Shown: positions 24,590 through 34,911 of the stretch, piece by piece | Layout: the number at the start of each line of letters is the position of its first letter | Numbering within the stretch: position 1 is the stretch's first letter | Assembly (NCBI GenBank): GCA_051453625.1 | Contig: JBOZIK010000001.1 | Span: forward strand, 16,547,157-16,582,067 | Length of the DNA: 34,911 bases | Reading direction: 5' to 3' | DNA from: Welwitschia mirabilis | Taxonomy: Eukaryota | Program-made: the position numbers and the translations under genes | The notes under the pieces: model-generated | What the model was told of the DNA's origin: nothing | The model's database searches: none | What the model saw: the letters and a program-made list of their open reading frames with translations, nothing else

Positions 24590-25069
24590 GTGATTGATAA
24601 TGCTTCAAACATTATTCATTTACCTTTATTATTTTATTATTTTTTAGGTTAAAAATCTTAACTAAACCATTAGAATGCATCTTCTTAATTAGATATGGAT
24701 CTAACCATCTAGAAGTCAGTTTGTTGTGAATTAAATAAACTCTAGCATTGAAGAATAGAACATACTAACTAGGGTGAAAATATTTATGCATAAGGTTTTT
24801 ATCATGTTCATGTTTTACTTGGCTTTAACTATAAATTGGCAATGGAGAGCCTAGATTTTCTTCTCATCAAGGTGAATTAATTGGATTAAGCATGCTTGAA
24901 GATTATCAGCATGAGAAACAAGGTTAAGTGATGAAAATAGATGTGGTTTGATCCATTCATAGTCACCTATCCTATGGAGGAAAGATTCTTATTAATTTCT
25001 ATTCCAATGAAAAGGTGTTGTAAGTGTGACAAGATAATTCACAATATCAGTGTACCAAGGAGCAGGTTA
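24590..25069 (-). pseudogene. pol: Element A integrase remnant: N-terminal linker fused directly to the C-terminal GPY/F module, core missing
   Basis: PAPWYTDIVNYLVT...YEWIKPHLF-SSLNLVSHADNLQACLIQLIHLDEKKI*AL...YVLFFNARVYLIHNKLTSRWLDPYLIKKMHSNGLVKI, compared with Athila PWYADIVNYL..WDDPYLF and RLLQLNELDE..VLLFNSRL..GKLKSRWSGPF. Confidence 0.85.
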
Positions 25070-25797
25070 NNNNNNNNNNNNNNNNNNNNNNNNNNNNNNN
25101 NNNNNNNNNNNNNNNNNNNNNNNNNNNNNNNNNNNNNNNNNNNNNNNNNNNNNNNNNNNNNNNNNNNNNNNNNNNNNNNNNNNNNNNNNNNNNNNNNNNN
25201 NNNNNNNNNNNNNNNNNNNNNNNNNNNNNNNNNNNNNNNNNNNNNNNNNNNNNNNNNNNNNNNNNNNNNNNNNNNNNNNNNNNNNNNNNNNNNNNNNNNN
25301 NNNNNNNNNNNNNNNNNNNNNNNNNNNNNNNNNNNNNNNNNNNNNNNNNNNNNNNNNNNNNNNNNNNNNNNNNNNNNNNNNNNNNNNNNNNNNNNNNNNN
25401 NNNNNNNNNNNNNNNNNNNNNNNNNNNNNNNNNNNNNNNNNNNNNNNNNNNNNNNNNNNNNNNNNNNNNNNNNNNNNNNNNNNNNNNNNNNNNNNNNNNN
25501 NNNNNNNNNNNNNNNNNNNNNNNNNNNNNNNNNNNNNNNNNNNNNNNNNNNNNNNNNNNNNNNNNNNNNNNNNNNNNNNNNNNNNNNNNNNNNNNNNNNN
25601 NNNNNNNNNNNNNNNNNNNNNNNNNNNNNNNNNNNNNNNNNNNNNNNNNNNNNNNNNNNNNNNNNNNNNNNNNNNNNNNNNNNNNNNNNNNNNNNNNNNN
25701 NNNNNNNNNNNNNNNNNNNNNNNNNNNNNNNNNNNNNNNNNNNNNNNNNNNNNNNNNNNNNNNNNNNNNNNNNNNNNNNNNNNNNNNNNNNNNNNNA

Positions 25798-27440
25798 ATG
25801 ATTACTAACATCTCCTTTTTAGTAGTTGCATAGTTAAGTTGACCAACAGAAAGGATTTTACTAATGTAGATAATTACTTTCATTCCTTTCTTAATGTTTT
25901 TATCCTAGCACCCATCTATAGCAAGATTACTAGCATTACACATTAGCTCAAAGTCCTTATTCTAATCTAGTCCACTCGCTATGGTTTCATTAGTAATGAT
26001 AATTTTAAGATTCTTAAAGGCTTATTGACATTCTCCATTCCATTCATATTTAACATCTTTTTTCAAAAGTTGATGAAGTAACTTATAAATTTTTTACATA
26101 TCCTTCAATGAATCTACAATAAAATTCATTATGTCCTAAAAATAACCAAAGTTTTTTTATATTAGAAGGAGGTAGAAGATTTTTTATGAGATCAATTTTT
26201 AATGTATCCATTTATATACCTCTCATTGAAATATGATGTCCTAAAACTATCCCTGTATTAATTATGAAATGNNNNNNNNNNNNNNNNNNNNNNNNNNNNN
26301 NNNNNNNNNNNNNNNNNNNNNNNNNNNNNNNNNNNNNNNNNNNNNNNNNNNNNNNNNNNNNNNNNNNNNNNNNNNNNNNNNNNNNNNNNNNNNNNNNNNN
26401 NNNNNNNNNNNNNNNNNNNNNNNNNNNNNNNNNNNNNNNNNNNNNNNNNNNNNNNNNNNNNNNNNNNNNNNNNNNNNNNNNNNNNNNNNNNNNNNNNNNN
26501 NNNNNNNNNNNNNNNNNNNNNNNNNNNNNNNNNNNNNNNNNNNNNNNNNNNNNNNNNNNNNNNNNNNNNNNNNNNNNNNNNNNNNNNNNNNNNNNNNNNN
26601 NNNNNNNNNNNNNNNNNNNNNNNNNNNNNNNNNNNNNNNNNNNNNNNNNNNNNNNNNNNNNNNNNNNNNNNNNNNNNNNNNNNNNNNNNNNNNNNNNNNN
26701 NNNNNNNNNNNNNNNNNNNNNNNNNNNNNNNNNNNNNNNNNNNNNNNNNNNNNNNNNNNNNNNNNNNNNNNNNNNNNNNNNNNNNNNNNNNNNNNNNNNN
26801 NNNNNNNNNNNNNNNNNNNNNNNNNNNNNNNNNNNNNNNNNNNNNNNNNNNNNNAATGGAGTTTTCTAAAAGGTCACTAAAAATTCCCATCATAGCCTGT
26901 TGAAAGGTACCTGGAGCATTGAATAAATCAAAAGCCATTATTTTAAAAGCATAAGAATCAAAAGGAGAGGTGAAACTAGTCTTTGCTAGATCTTCATTTG
27001 TAATACATACTTGGTTGTATTCATTATAATCATCAAGGAAATAGTAGAATGCATGTCCTTGTATTCTATCCAATGCTTGATCAAGAAAAGAAAGAGGGCA
27101 ATGATCCTTTTCAATTACTTCATTAAATCTTTAGAAGTATATGCATACTATCCACTTACCACCTTTTGTAGGTACTCTAGTTAATGGGCTAATCCACTTG
27201 CTATCGCTTATAGAGTAAATGATGTCAGCATATAAAAGTTTAATGATCTCATCTTTAACCACTTGTTCTAGTACTATATTTAGACATCTTTAAAGTTGTC
27301 TTATGGGTTTTAAATTATCCTGTAGGTACATCTTGTATTTAATAATTTGTGGTGGAATAGGAAATAGGTTCTTATGACTCCAAGCAAAAGATTCAGATTT
27401 AGATGTGAGGAGTGACACTAAGACTTGCTCAACTGCTTTT
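25798..27440 (-). pseudogene. pol: Element A reverse transcriptase and RNase H (decayed; the catalytic DD motif falls in the N gap)
   Basis: VVKDEIIKLLYADIIYSISDSKWISPLTRVPTKGGKWIVCI..KDHCPLSFLDQALDRIQGHAFYYFLDDYNEYNQV..FDLFNAPGTFQQAMMGIFSDLLENSI, then HFIINTGIVLGHHIS, and the RNase H segment FELMCNASNLAI..VIIYISKILSVGQLNYATTKKEML. Confidence 0.93.
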
Positions 27441-27853
27441 AGGGTTATTATTAATAAAAATGTATTTTAATTTCTTTCTAAGATCCTTCAAATTCATCCC
27501 AAAGTTAACTTCTTCATGTCTATTAGGGGTTTCATAACCATCCTCATCAAAAGTTATTTTCATGGCTTTTATTTCTTCAATGTCTTGGATTATGATGTTG
27601 TCAAATTTTCTTTCATTGGGGTTTCCATAGTTTTATCAATTTCAAAAGGATTAATAGAATTAAGACTACTTAGAATTGTTTAGAATTCCTTTATATCATC
27701 AAAAATAGTTGGTTGTTCATGGCTGAGGGTCTTTAATTCAAGTGAATAATGAGNNNNNNNNNNNNNNNNNNNNNNNNNNNNNNNNNNNNNNNNNNNNNNN
27801 NNNNNNNNNNNNNNNNNNNNNNNNNNNNNNNNNNNNNNNNNNNNNNNNNNNNN

Positions 27854-28688
27854 TTAGTCTCAACTTTTGAGCAGACTTTTCAATGCTTAGTCTCAACCTT
27901 TCTCAACGTAAAATAGTGATGTAAGGGTGTCAAATATGCATGAATATCACTCATTCTTAATGCAATAGATTTGATGGAGTTCTTCTCTTATAGATGTAAA
28001 CCAGATAAAGCAAAAAATCTAACCTTGAAAGTAGAGGTGATACATATAATAGATCTTCTTTGGTACAAGTACATATGTCAAGATACAACAATGAATGTTA
28101 TAAGATTACAATGCTCGATCCTTTAGATCCAATAGATTAACACAATTGAAAATAGTCCAAAAGGGATTCTAAAGTTATCTATCTCTTAGATATTTATATT
28201 GGAAGGCTTTTAGGATTTATTATATTTGAAACACACTTTCAATGGCTATAAATGACTAGAAAATGACTACTTAATGGCTACATAATACATACATAATGAA
28301 TAGAAAATTTTACTTCCATTTAATTTGGTCAATCCTTTAAAAGTATGGTCAATCCCATTCGATGCCATAACTTACATAGATTATCTAAGTAAGAATTTTG
28401 GTCACTTCAATTTCTTACAACTCCATGTCTGATTGACCCCATCTAGATTTGGTCAACCTCAGTCTGGTCGATTACTACATGAGCCGGTTGCCTGCTCATC
28501 CTGATAAAATTNNNNNNNNNNAGCTAGTTGACCCCTCTGGATGTAGTTCATTTTGTCTATCTGCTTTAGGTGCAGTTGACTTCTTAAAAGTCTAGTCAAT
28601 CCCTTAAGAGGATAAAAGAACTAATAGGTTTTTAGTACTCAAAATTCAATGGTTTTGGTTTTATATTTTAGCTTGTAAGTAATTAACA
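27854..28688 (-). mobile_element. Element D: SIRE-type LTR of a different family (solo LTR or collapsed element) inserted between the A protease and RT
   Basis: Non-coding block that interrupts pol. It has tandem aatggctata/aatgactaga/aatgactac/aatggctaca motifs (28241-28283; decayed AACGGCTA) and several ggtcaatcc/ggtcgat/agttgac motifs. It ends gtaattaaCA at 28688. The other end lies in the 100-N gap 27754-27853, so the TSD cannot be checked. Confidence 0.65.
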
Positions 28689-28715
28689 TCTTTTGCACAA
28701 GATACATAAAATTTT

Positions 28716-31700
28716 CTATACAGAAAACATTAGTTTGATATCAATTGATAAAATATAATCTAACATATGTGTGAGGGCCTTCAATTCAAGTGAATGATAA
28801 TCTAAAAACATTGTTAATCTAATATATTCACTAAGCTTATTATTTGGATTCCTTGTGTCCTTTTCTACTATATTAAAGTCTTGAACTTGAATTTTTTCAC
28901 TGCCTATGTGAAGTTCAATGATTTTAGTTCTAGTTTCTATTATGTAATTAGTAGTAGCACAAAAAGCTCTACCTAAAATCAAGGGTTATCTATCATTGTG
29001 ATTAATTTTGATAATTATGACATCAATGTGGTAGTAGCCTTCCTCTATTTGGACAAACAAATCTTTGATACTTCCAACAAGTTTTCTCAATGTTAAATCA
29101 ACCATTTCCAAGATAATTTTTGTTGGTTTAATTTGATTTTCTAATCCAAACTTTTTACAAATGTGTAAGGGCATAATATTCACAATTGTACCTATGTTAA
29201 TAAGAGCCTCATTAACATTTTTGTTGCCTTCTAATATCACACTAATGGTTGCTCCCCTTGGATCTTTGAATTTTGGACATTTCTACATTATCAAGTTGGC
29301 CATAGATTAGGTTAAAAATACTTTATTTAATAATGTATGTTTTTACTTTATCCTATAAAGATACTTTCATACTTCGGCATTCTTAGAGTTCTCTTGAAGT
29401 ATGCACCAAAATGGTAGTATGACATTGACATCTTTCATGATAGTTTTGATATATTCATCATAAGTTTGATTAGAGTTAAGTCTATCTAATCAAGGGTAGT
29501 ATGTTTTTTTCTTTTCTTTGATGATTCATTCTTGTTGGTTAAAGTGGAAGCAGAAGGAAAGTGCATCTCATTAAGGATTTCTACATCTTCATCCTTTCTT
29601 TCTTCAATGTTATCATTCGTAGGTGACTCTTCAATTGTAGTAGTAGCTCCTCTTTAGGTGACTACCTTTCAATATTTCTTTACATCATTAGAGTTAGGTA
29701 ATATGTTAAAATATAATATGCCTTATTGTCTTTGATTGACTAACATAATTTTTTGCATGACTCTAGTTAAACTTGTATGCTTTTTTGTATTTGCTCAATA
29801 CTCTTATGGGTTTATTCATGGATGCTTATCATCTCCATTATAGCTTTCTAATTGGATTCTCCTTGTGTTAATTGTACCCTCCATATTTTTGGTTATATGG
29901 TTATTTGAAAGAGGGTTTATATTTAGGTTTGAAAGAAGGACTTGATTGATGATAAGAATTCTTCTCATTGTGGCAAGATCCTTTGTAGTGATTAGAGTCT
30001 GATTGGTTTGCATAGCACACTTCTTCCCTCACCACTTCCTTCACAGTTGGCAAAAATGGGCATTCAATGACTAGTTGTTTTCTTCATATAATTTATAAGT
30101 ATGAGTTGATGTGATGTGGACCTTTTCTTATTTCAATTCTTTGATTGCTTTCATCATTTTCCTTACAATTGGGCTATGAATATCACTACTATCTTCATTT
30201 TCGTAAGTGATTTATTTTTGTTTGCCCTCTTGATGTTTTATATGATGGAATTCTCTTAAATATTTCTCGAGAGTTTTTTTTTCTCTAGGCTTAGGCCATG
30301 CTCAGCTAAGTTCAACTAAGTCTTGTAAATGTTGCCATACTTCATTAGTTGTATGTTGAAATATACTCCCTTCACAAAAACAATATACCTTTTATTTTTT
30401 TACACCACTAAGGCTATTGTAGATATGGTATATTGATCCTTCTTATTTTAATTCATCTATGGGATTGGCTAAAACTAAAATTNNNNNNNNNNNNNNNNNN
30501 NNNNNNNNNNNNNNNNNNNNNNNNNNNNNNNNNNNNNNNNNNNNNNNNNNNNNNNNNNNNNNNNNNNNNNNNNNNNNNNNNNNNNNNNNNNNNNNNNNNN
30601 NNNNNNNNNNNNNNNNNNNNNNNNNNNNNNNNNNNNNNNNNNNNNNNNNNNNNNNNNNNNNNNNNNNNNNNNNNNNNNNNNNNNNNNNNNNNNNNNNNNN
30701 NNNNNNNNNNNNNNNNNNNNNNNNNNNNNNNNNNNNNNNNNNNNNNNNNNNNNNNNNNNNNNNNNNNNNNNNNNNNNNNNNNNNNNNNNNNNNNNNNNNN
30801 NNNNNNNNNNNNNNNNNNNNNNNNNNNNNNNNNNNNNNNNNNNNNNNNNNNNNNNNNNNNNNNNNNNNNNNNNNNNNNNNNNNNNNNNNNNNNNNNNNNN
30901 NNNNNNNNNNNNNNNNNNNNNNNNNNNNNNNNNNNNNNNNNNNNNNNNNNNNNNNNNNNNNNNNNNNNNNNNNNNNNNNNNNNNNNNNNNNNNNNNNNNN
31001 NNNNNNNNNNNNNNNNNNNNNNNNNNNNNNNNNNNNNNNNNNNNNNNNNNNNNNNNNNNNNNNNNNNNNNNNNNNNNNNNNNNNNNNNNNNNNNNNNTTT
31101 CCCAAGATGAAGCATAATCCTCATTGTCTTTCTATTGAAAATTAATTATCTCACAATGTCTTTGCCTTAAAGTGTTTTCACTAAGGAATTATTTGATGAA
31201 TCTTTCTTTGGTATCCTTCCAAGTTTTGTAACTTTTTTAGGATATGTCCTAAGCTAATTTTTTTCTTTTTCACTCAATGTATACGGGAAAACTATCATGT
31301 AGTTTCTATCTTTTATGGGTTTCTTCAATGGCAGTGATGTGTTCNNNNNNNNNNNNNNNNNNNTTTAATCCATATTTCTCCTTGGGTACCACTAGAAATT
31401 ATAGACATTATGGAAGTTATAATATTCTAATTTACATATTTACTATTCAAAGAATATGAAGTTGAAACTTGATTTGCAAAAGAATTTAAATTAGGCCTAG
31501 AAGGAATTGTAATAGAAGAGGTGGATTTTGTTCTGAGAGGGTATTTAGAAATTCTAAATGATGATCCAATAGATAATGAAATATTTTTAGAATGTAAATT
31601 ACAATATTCTAATAAATTAGATTTATCAAATTTAGAAATAAAAAGTTACTCACCTCGAGTACTAAATTATATATTTGAACGCCTTTTTGAAATGCCTCTT

Positions 31701-31770
31701 TTAAAAATTACTTTTCACATTAATGACATACCTTTTTCTCTTTGGAATTTGATGGCATTTCCTTACTTAA
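28716..31770 (-). pseudogene. gag: Element A gag and aspartic protease (frameshifted, with stops and gaps)
   Basis: The minus strand gives KDRNYMIVFPYTLSEK..KTWKDTKERFIK (~31190-31320; Retrotrans_gag core) and YNSLSG..CFCEGSIFQHTTNEVWQHLQDLVE (~30310-30425). It then gives PKFKDPRGATISVILEG..EALINIGTIVNIMP..MILGRAFCAT (ORFs 28986-29240 and 28716-28982), an Athila-type protease whose catalytic D has decayed to N. The 5' limit is approximate. Confidence 0.88.
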
Positions 31771-32290
31771 CCTAAAAAAATCTAACCTTTTAACTCAAAA
31801 CCAATGTAAGTAATCTCTAGAATCATATTAAAATTTAAGGAATAGACTCAATGATTAAAAGTAATGTTTCTTCTTGGAATTTTCACTTAGGACCTAATAA
31901 AAAGACATTGGAAGGTTTCTTACTATGTATTAATTATTCTAGATCATACAAAGTTCAAGAATGTAGATATAGTAAAGAGAAATTATTGCATAAAAACGAG
32001 AATAAACAAAGAAAAGATAATTTATAATAAAAAAGGTACACAACATAAACAACAAGTGGAAACAATGTATTACCCTCTAAAGATGAATAATCTTGTTTAG
32101 ATAGGGGTAGAACTTAGAGATAATATTGACTTTGATCAAAAGAAAAGTAGATCTCTTTAGGTAATCTTCTCAAAGTAAGTAGATTGCATAAAAAGTATTA
32201 GATGACAACCAAAAGCAAATAGATATAATGATAGCATAAATTCAATCCACTTACTTTTGGTTTGAACACTTGATAGCTTGTTTTGATACT

Positions 32291-32310
32291 TCCTGACAAT
32301 GGCATCAAAA
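32291..32310 (-). promoter_or_regulatory. Element A primer-binding site (tRNA-Asp type, decayed)
   Basis: The reverse complement ttttgatgccattgtcagga matches the Athila-type TTTGGCGCCGTTGCCGGGGA after CpG/CpHpG transitions and abuts the LTR. Confidence 0.8.
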
Positions 32311-33451
32311 TGTTGGTTGCTTAAATTTCACTTCAAAAGTAGTCAATTCTAGAAATAATGGAATTACAATTAGGCTTAGTATAGAGTGATTCAACCAATA
32401 AATTTTTTAATCTAAAGAGAATAAGATAATATAATAATCAAGCACATAAATAAGAAAGAATAAACACTTAAATTTCAGCCCAATATTTTTTTATAAATTT
32501 TATATTTTAGTAATGAAAAAAGGAAAATTGACAATGCAATAATTCTAATATGCGATGCAAAAATAAATAAAAAATAAAGATGCAAGCCTATGATGATCAA
32601 GTTTTTGAGTTGTTGTCACCCAAACTTAGCCCTTATGACCTGCATTTAAATTATAATTAATCTATGAAATAGTATTAATCAAACTTAAACATAATCCATA
32701 AGATAAATAATATGAATGTAAGAAGAAAGACATTTTATTAAATAAATGGAATGTATTATAAAACATCTCAGTAAGGTAGTAATTCCTTAATGTAAAAGCA
32801 AATCCTAATCACTAAGAATGATCACTCATATGTTGAAATGAATCCTTGACTTCTTGGATGCCTTTGTTACCAATTCTCCAATGCCAAAAGATGACTAAAT
32901 GATGTCAAATGGGGGTTTTATAATTTTCCTAAGGTGGTTATAGGTTAGGAAGTTTGGTATATGTGAATAGAAGTCTTAGGTATAAACTAGACCTTAATTA
33001 ACTTAGTTAACAAGAGGTTATGAAAATGTTGTATTACTTTATCATTGGGATGATGTATGGCATGACACTCTTTCATCATCCAATCATAGGTCACTACATC
33101 AGAAGCTTGCTGGGATTTGAATTTAAATCTTAACGGATATGTCATTCCCAAAGAACATGATTACCACCTCATACTATCATGTTAGCCTCATTAAATTTCT
33201 TAACTTATGGTAATGTCCTCTATTGTGAGGACGACAGCAAAGATGAAAGTTAATTTCTTGGGCTTTTATTCCACTTTTTTCTTGACTTTATTCCTTACTT
33301 GAATTCCTATTTTCATGGATGAACATATGGTACTTAATATCATAATTAAATTGTTATAAGAAAATTCCTAAAAATGACTAAATTAAGTTTTTGTTCCTTG
33401 CAAAACATCGTCAATTACATTATTAAAATATGATAATTTGGAATCACAACA
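32311..33451 (-). repeat. Element A 5' LTR
   Basis: TG..CA termini (tgttggttgc ... gaatcacaaca). Direct repeat of 1496-2689 and adjacent to the PBS. Confidence 0.92.
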
Positions 33452-33785
33452 TATTCAAAAGGTTTTAAACATATATTTCCTTATGTAAGTAGTGGTTTAA
33501 GTTATTTATTACTTACTAAAGCATTTCTCTTTTTCTAGGATAACACTGTATCACCTTGTTAGTTGCTAGATATGTACAATAAAGTCATAACAAAAAGAGT
33601 AAGTGTGGGGAGGAATTCCAAATTTATGCTTAATAATAAAAGCTTAAGAGAAGGATTTCTTGCAGTTTCTATGGAAGTGGTGAAAAACGCTAGAACATCA
33701 TTAATAGTAAAAGCAAAGGATTGACCACATTAAAGGAGGTAAAAGAAGAGGTTATTGCATGGCCTTCATAATATGTTAAGGAGCT
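33452..33785 (+). pseudogene. Continuation of the CACTA TnpA-like gene (C-terminal 'IAWP' domain exon)
   Basis: After the A LTR the sequence reads tattcaaaag|gttt...tttttctag|gat, which is intron-like. It then gives GFLAVSMEVVKNARTSLIVKAK / LTTLKEVKEEVIAWPS*YV (~33654-33780), matching the V.V..V.....L......TL.DA.G..IAWP C-terminus typical of CACTA TnpA proteins. The strand is the same as the left flank. Confidence 0.6.
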
Positions 33786-34911
33786 AATTAAATATCATTT
33801 TATTTTTAATTACTAAAATAGCATTTAAGTTTAACATTGATCATTATGTTTATTAATCATGTGTAGATCATGGATGGATCACCAAAAGTACCATCACCAT
33901 TATTGAATAAATAATGCATTCTAAAGTATGATCAATGCAATATTATATCTATTGGAAAATTACTTTTAGATAATTCTACATCATTAGTTCATCATGCACT
34001 ACTTAGTAACCATGCTTAAAAAGCTAAATTGGAAGTTATTACAATTTCTAGCACTAAGTTATTTTACAAGAAAATTTTTGTAATGACTCTTACTAATGTT
34101 GGGGTTAATGGCATTAAATCTTGGACAAGAAAATATACTGAAATCATTTAATATTTTATGTGACAGTGTACTCTTTGTTGAGAATTTTTAAAACATTAAA
34201 ACCATGCAAGAATTGTATCTTGAATAATTGTTGAATGTGAATATTGGTATTTTTCCCATATATGCACTTATTTTATCATAAATGTAACCTGCATGTGTTG
34301 ATAAATCTAATGTTTCACTTTGAAGGTTTCTTTTAAAAATATTATTTGCCAATGTTACATCTAAAATTAATGAAATCTAGAAATTGTAGGAATTTATTAC
34401 ATAAATGTTGGTTGTTGATTTGAAGAAAACTTTTAAGTACTTGGTTAGCTGTTAAATAGAATATAAGTATGAATACAATTATTTTGTATATATGGGATAT
34501 CATTTTATTGTTCCCTTTTGTTGCCTATATGGAGGTACACTAACTTCTGATGTAACTTACTCTTAAAAAACATATTAAAGGCTTTCATAGAGTGCAATAA
34601 TACTTTGTTCTTTGTATTTACAATTTTTTTTAACTATTTCATGTTTCTACATGCCAGCTGGTATTTTATGTATGAGTTGTTGCAAGGATGCATGAAGGAA
34701 GAGGTCCCATATCACCTATTAGAATATTATTAAAAATAGAGAATATTGGCCCTCATCTTGGGTTTGATAGGGAATCAGATGCCCATGATTTTTTAAGGTG
34801 AATATTTCTATTTGTTTGTAAACTATGTTTAGGCTTGGAGCTAAAAAGTTTTACTTTTCCTCTCTCCCATTCAATTAATTACAAGAAACTTATTATCATT
34901 TTCTATTTTAT

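Larger units (their letters stand above)
1496..33451 (-). mobile_element. Element A: Ty3/Gypsy LTR retrotransposon, non-chromovirus Athila-like, degenerate, hosting nested insertions B, C and D
   Basis: Paired ~1.15-1.2 kb LTRs (1496-2689; 32311-33451). An Asp-type PBS lies next to the right LTR and a PPT-like tract next to the left LTR. Domain order on the minus strand is gag-PR-RT-RH-INT-env-like. The 5-bp flanks tcatc/tattc are only a degenerate TSD. Confidence 0.92.

Noticed and set aside
3349-31145. Long ORFs in the track made mostly of X (3349, 3353, 9346-9951, 17910, 17916, 24941-25883, 26258-27073, 30433-31145)
   Set aside because: They are artefacts of translating N runs. Only the non-X ends that match RT/RNase H were used as evidence.
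31277-31775. + strand ORFs of 60 and 84 aa
   Set aside because: They are antisense shadows of the A gag N-terminus, with no independent support.

Overview
This is AT-rich, CpG-depleted plant nuclear DNA from a gapped draft scaffold. It is entirely a nest of old, decayed transposable elements, with no intact host gene, RNA gene or CRISPR array. The outermost layer is a spliced CACTA (En/Spm) TnpA-like gene on the + strand (1-1495, continuing at 33452-~33780). Into it inserted a minus-strand Athila-type Ty3/Gypsy element, 'A' (1496-33451; LTRs 1496-2689 and 32311-33451), carrying gag, protease, RT, RNase H, a truncated integrase and an env-like ORF. A carries three further insertions. 'B' is a + strand, non-autonomous Athila-like element (2934-11187; gag and protease only; TSD ATAAT/ATAAC). 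'C' is a full-length minus-strand SIRE/Sirevirus Ty1/Copia element (13306-23069; TSD GTAAG/GTTAG). 'D' is a second SIRE-type LTR (~27854-28688). The most notable observations are a long, G-U-rich fold-back in B that abuts the 3' LTR where pol/env/PPT would be expected, an in-frame loss of the integrase core in A, and clustered palindromic motifs beside similar env-like ORFs in both the Gypsy and the Copia element. All alignments and translations were done by eye.
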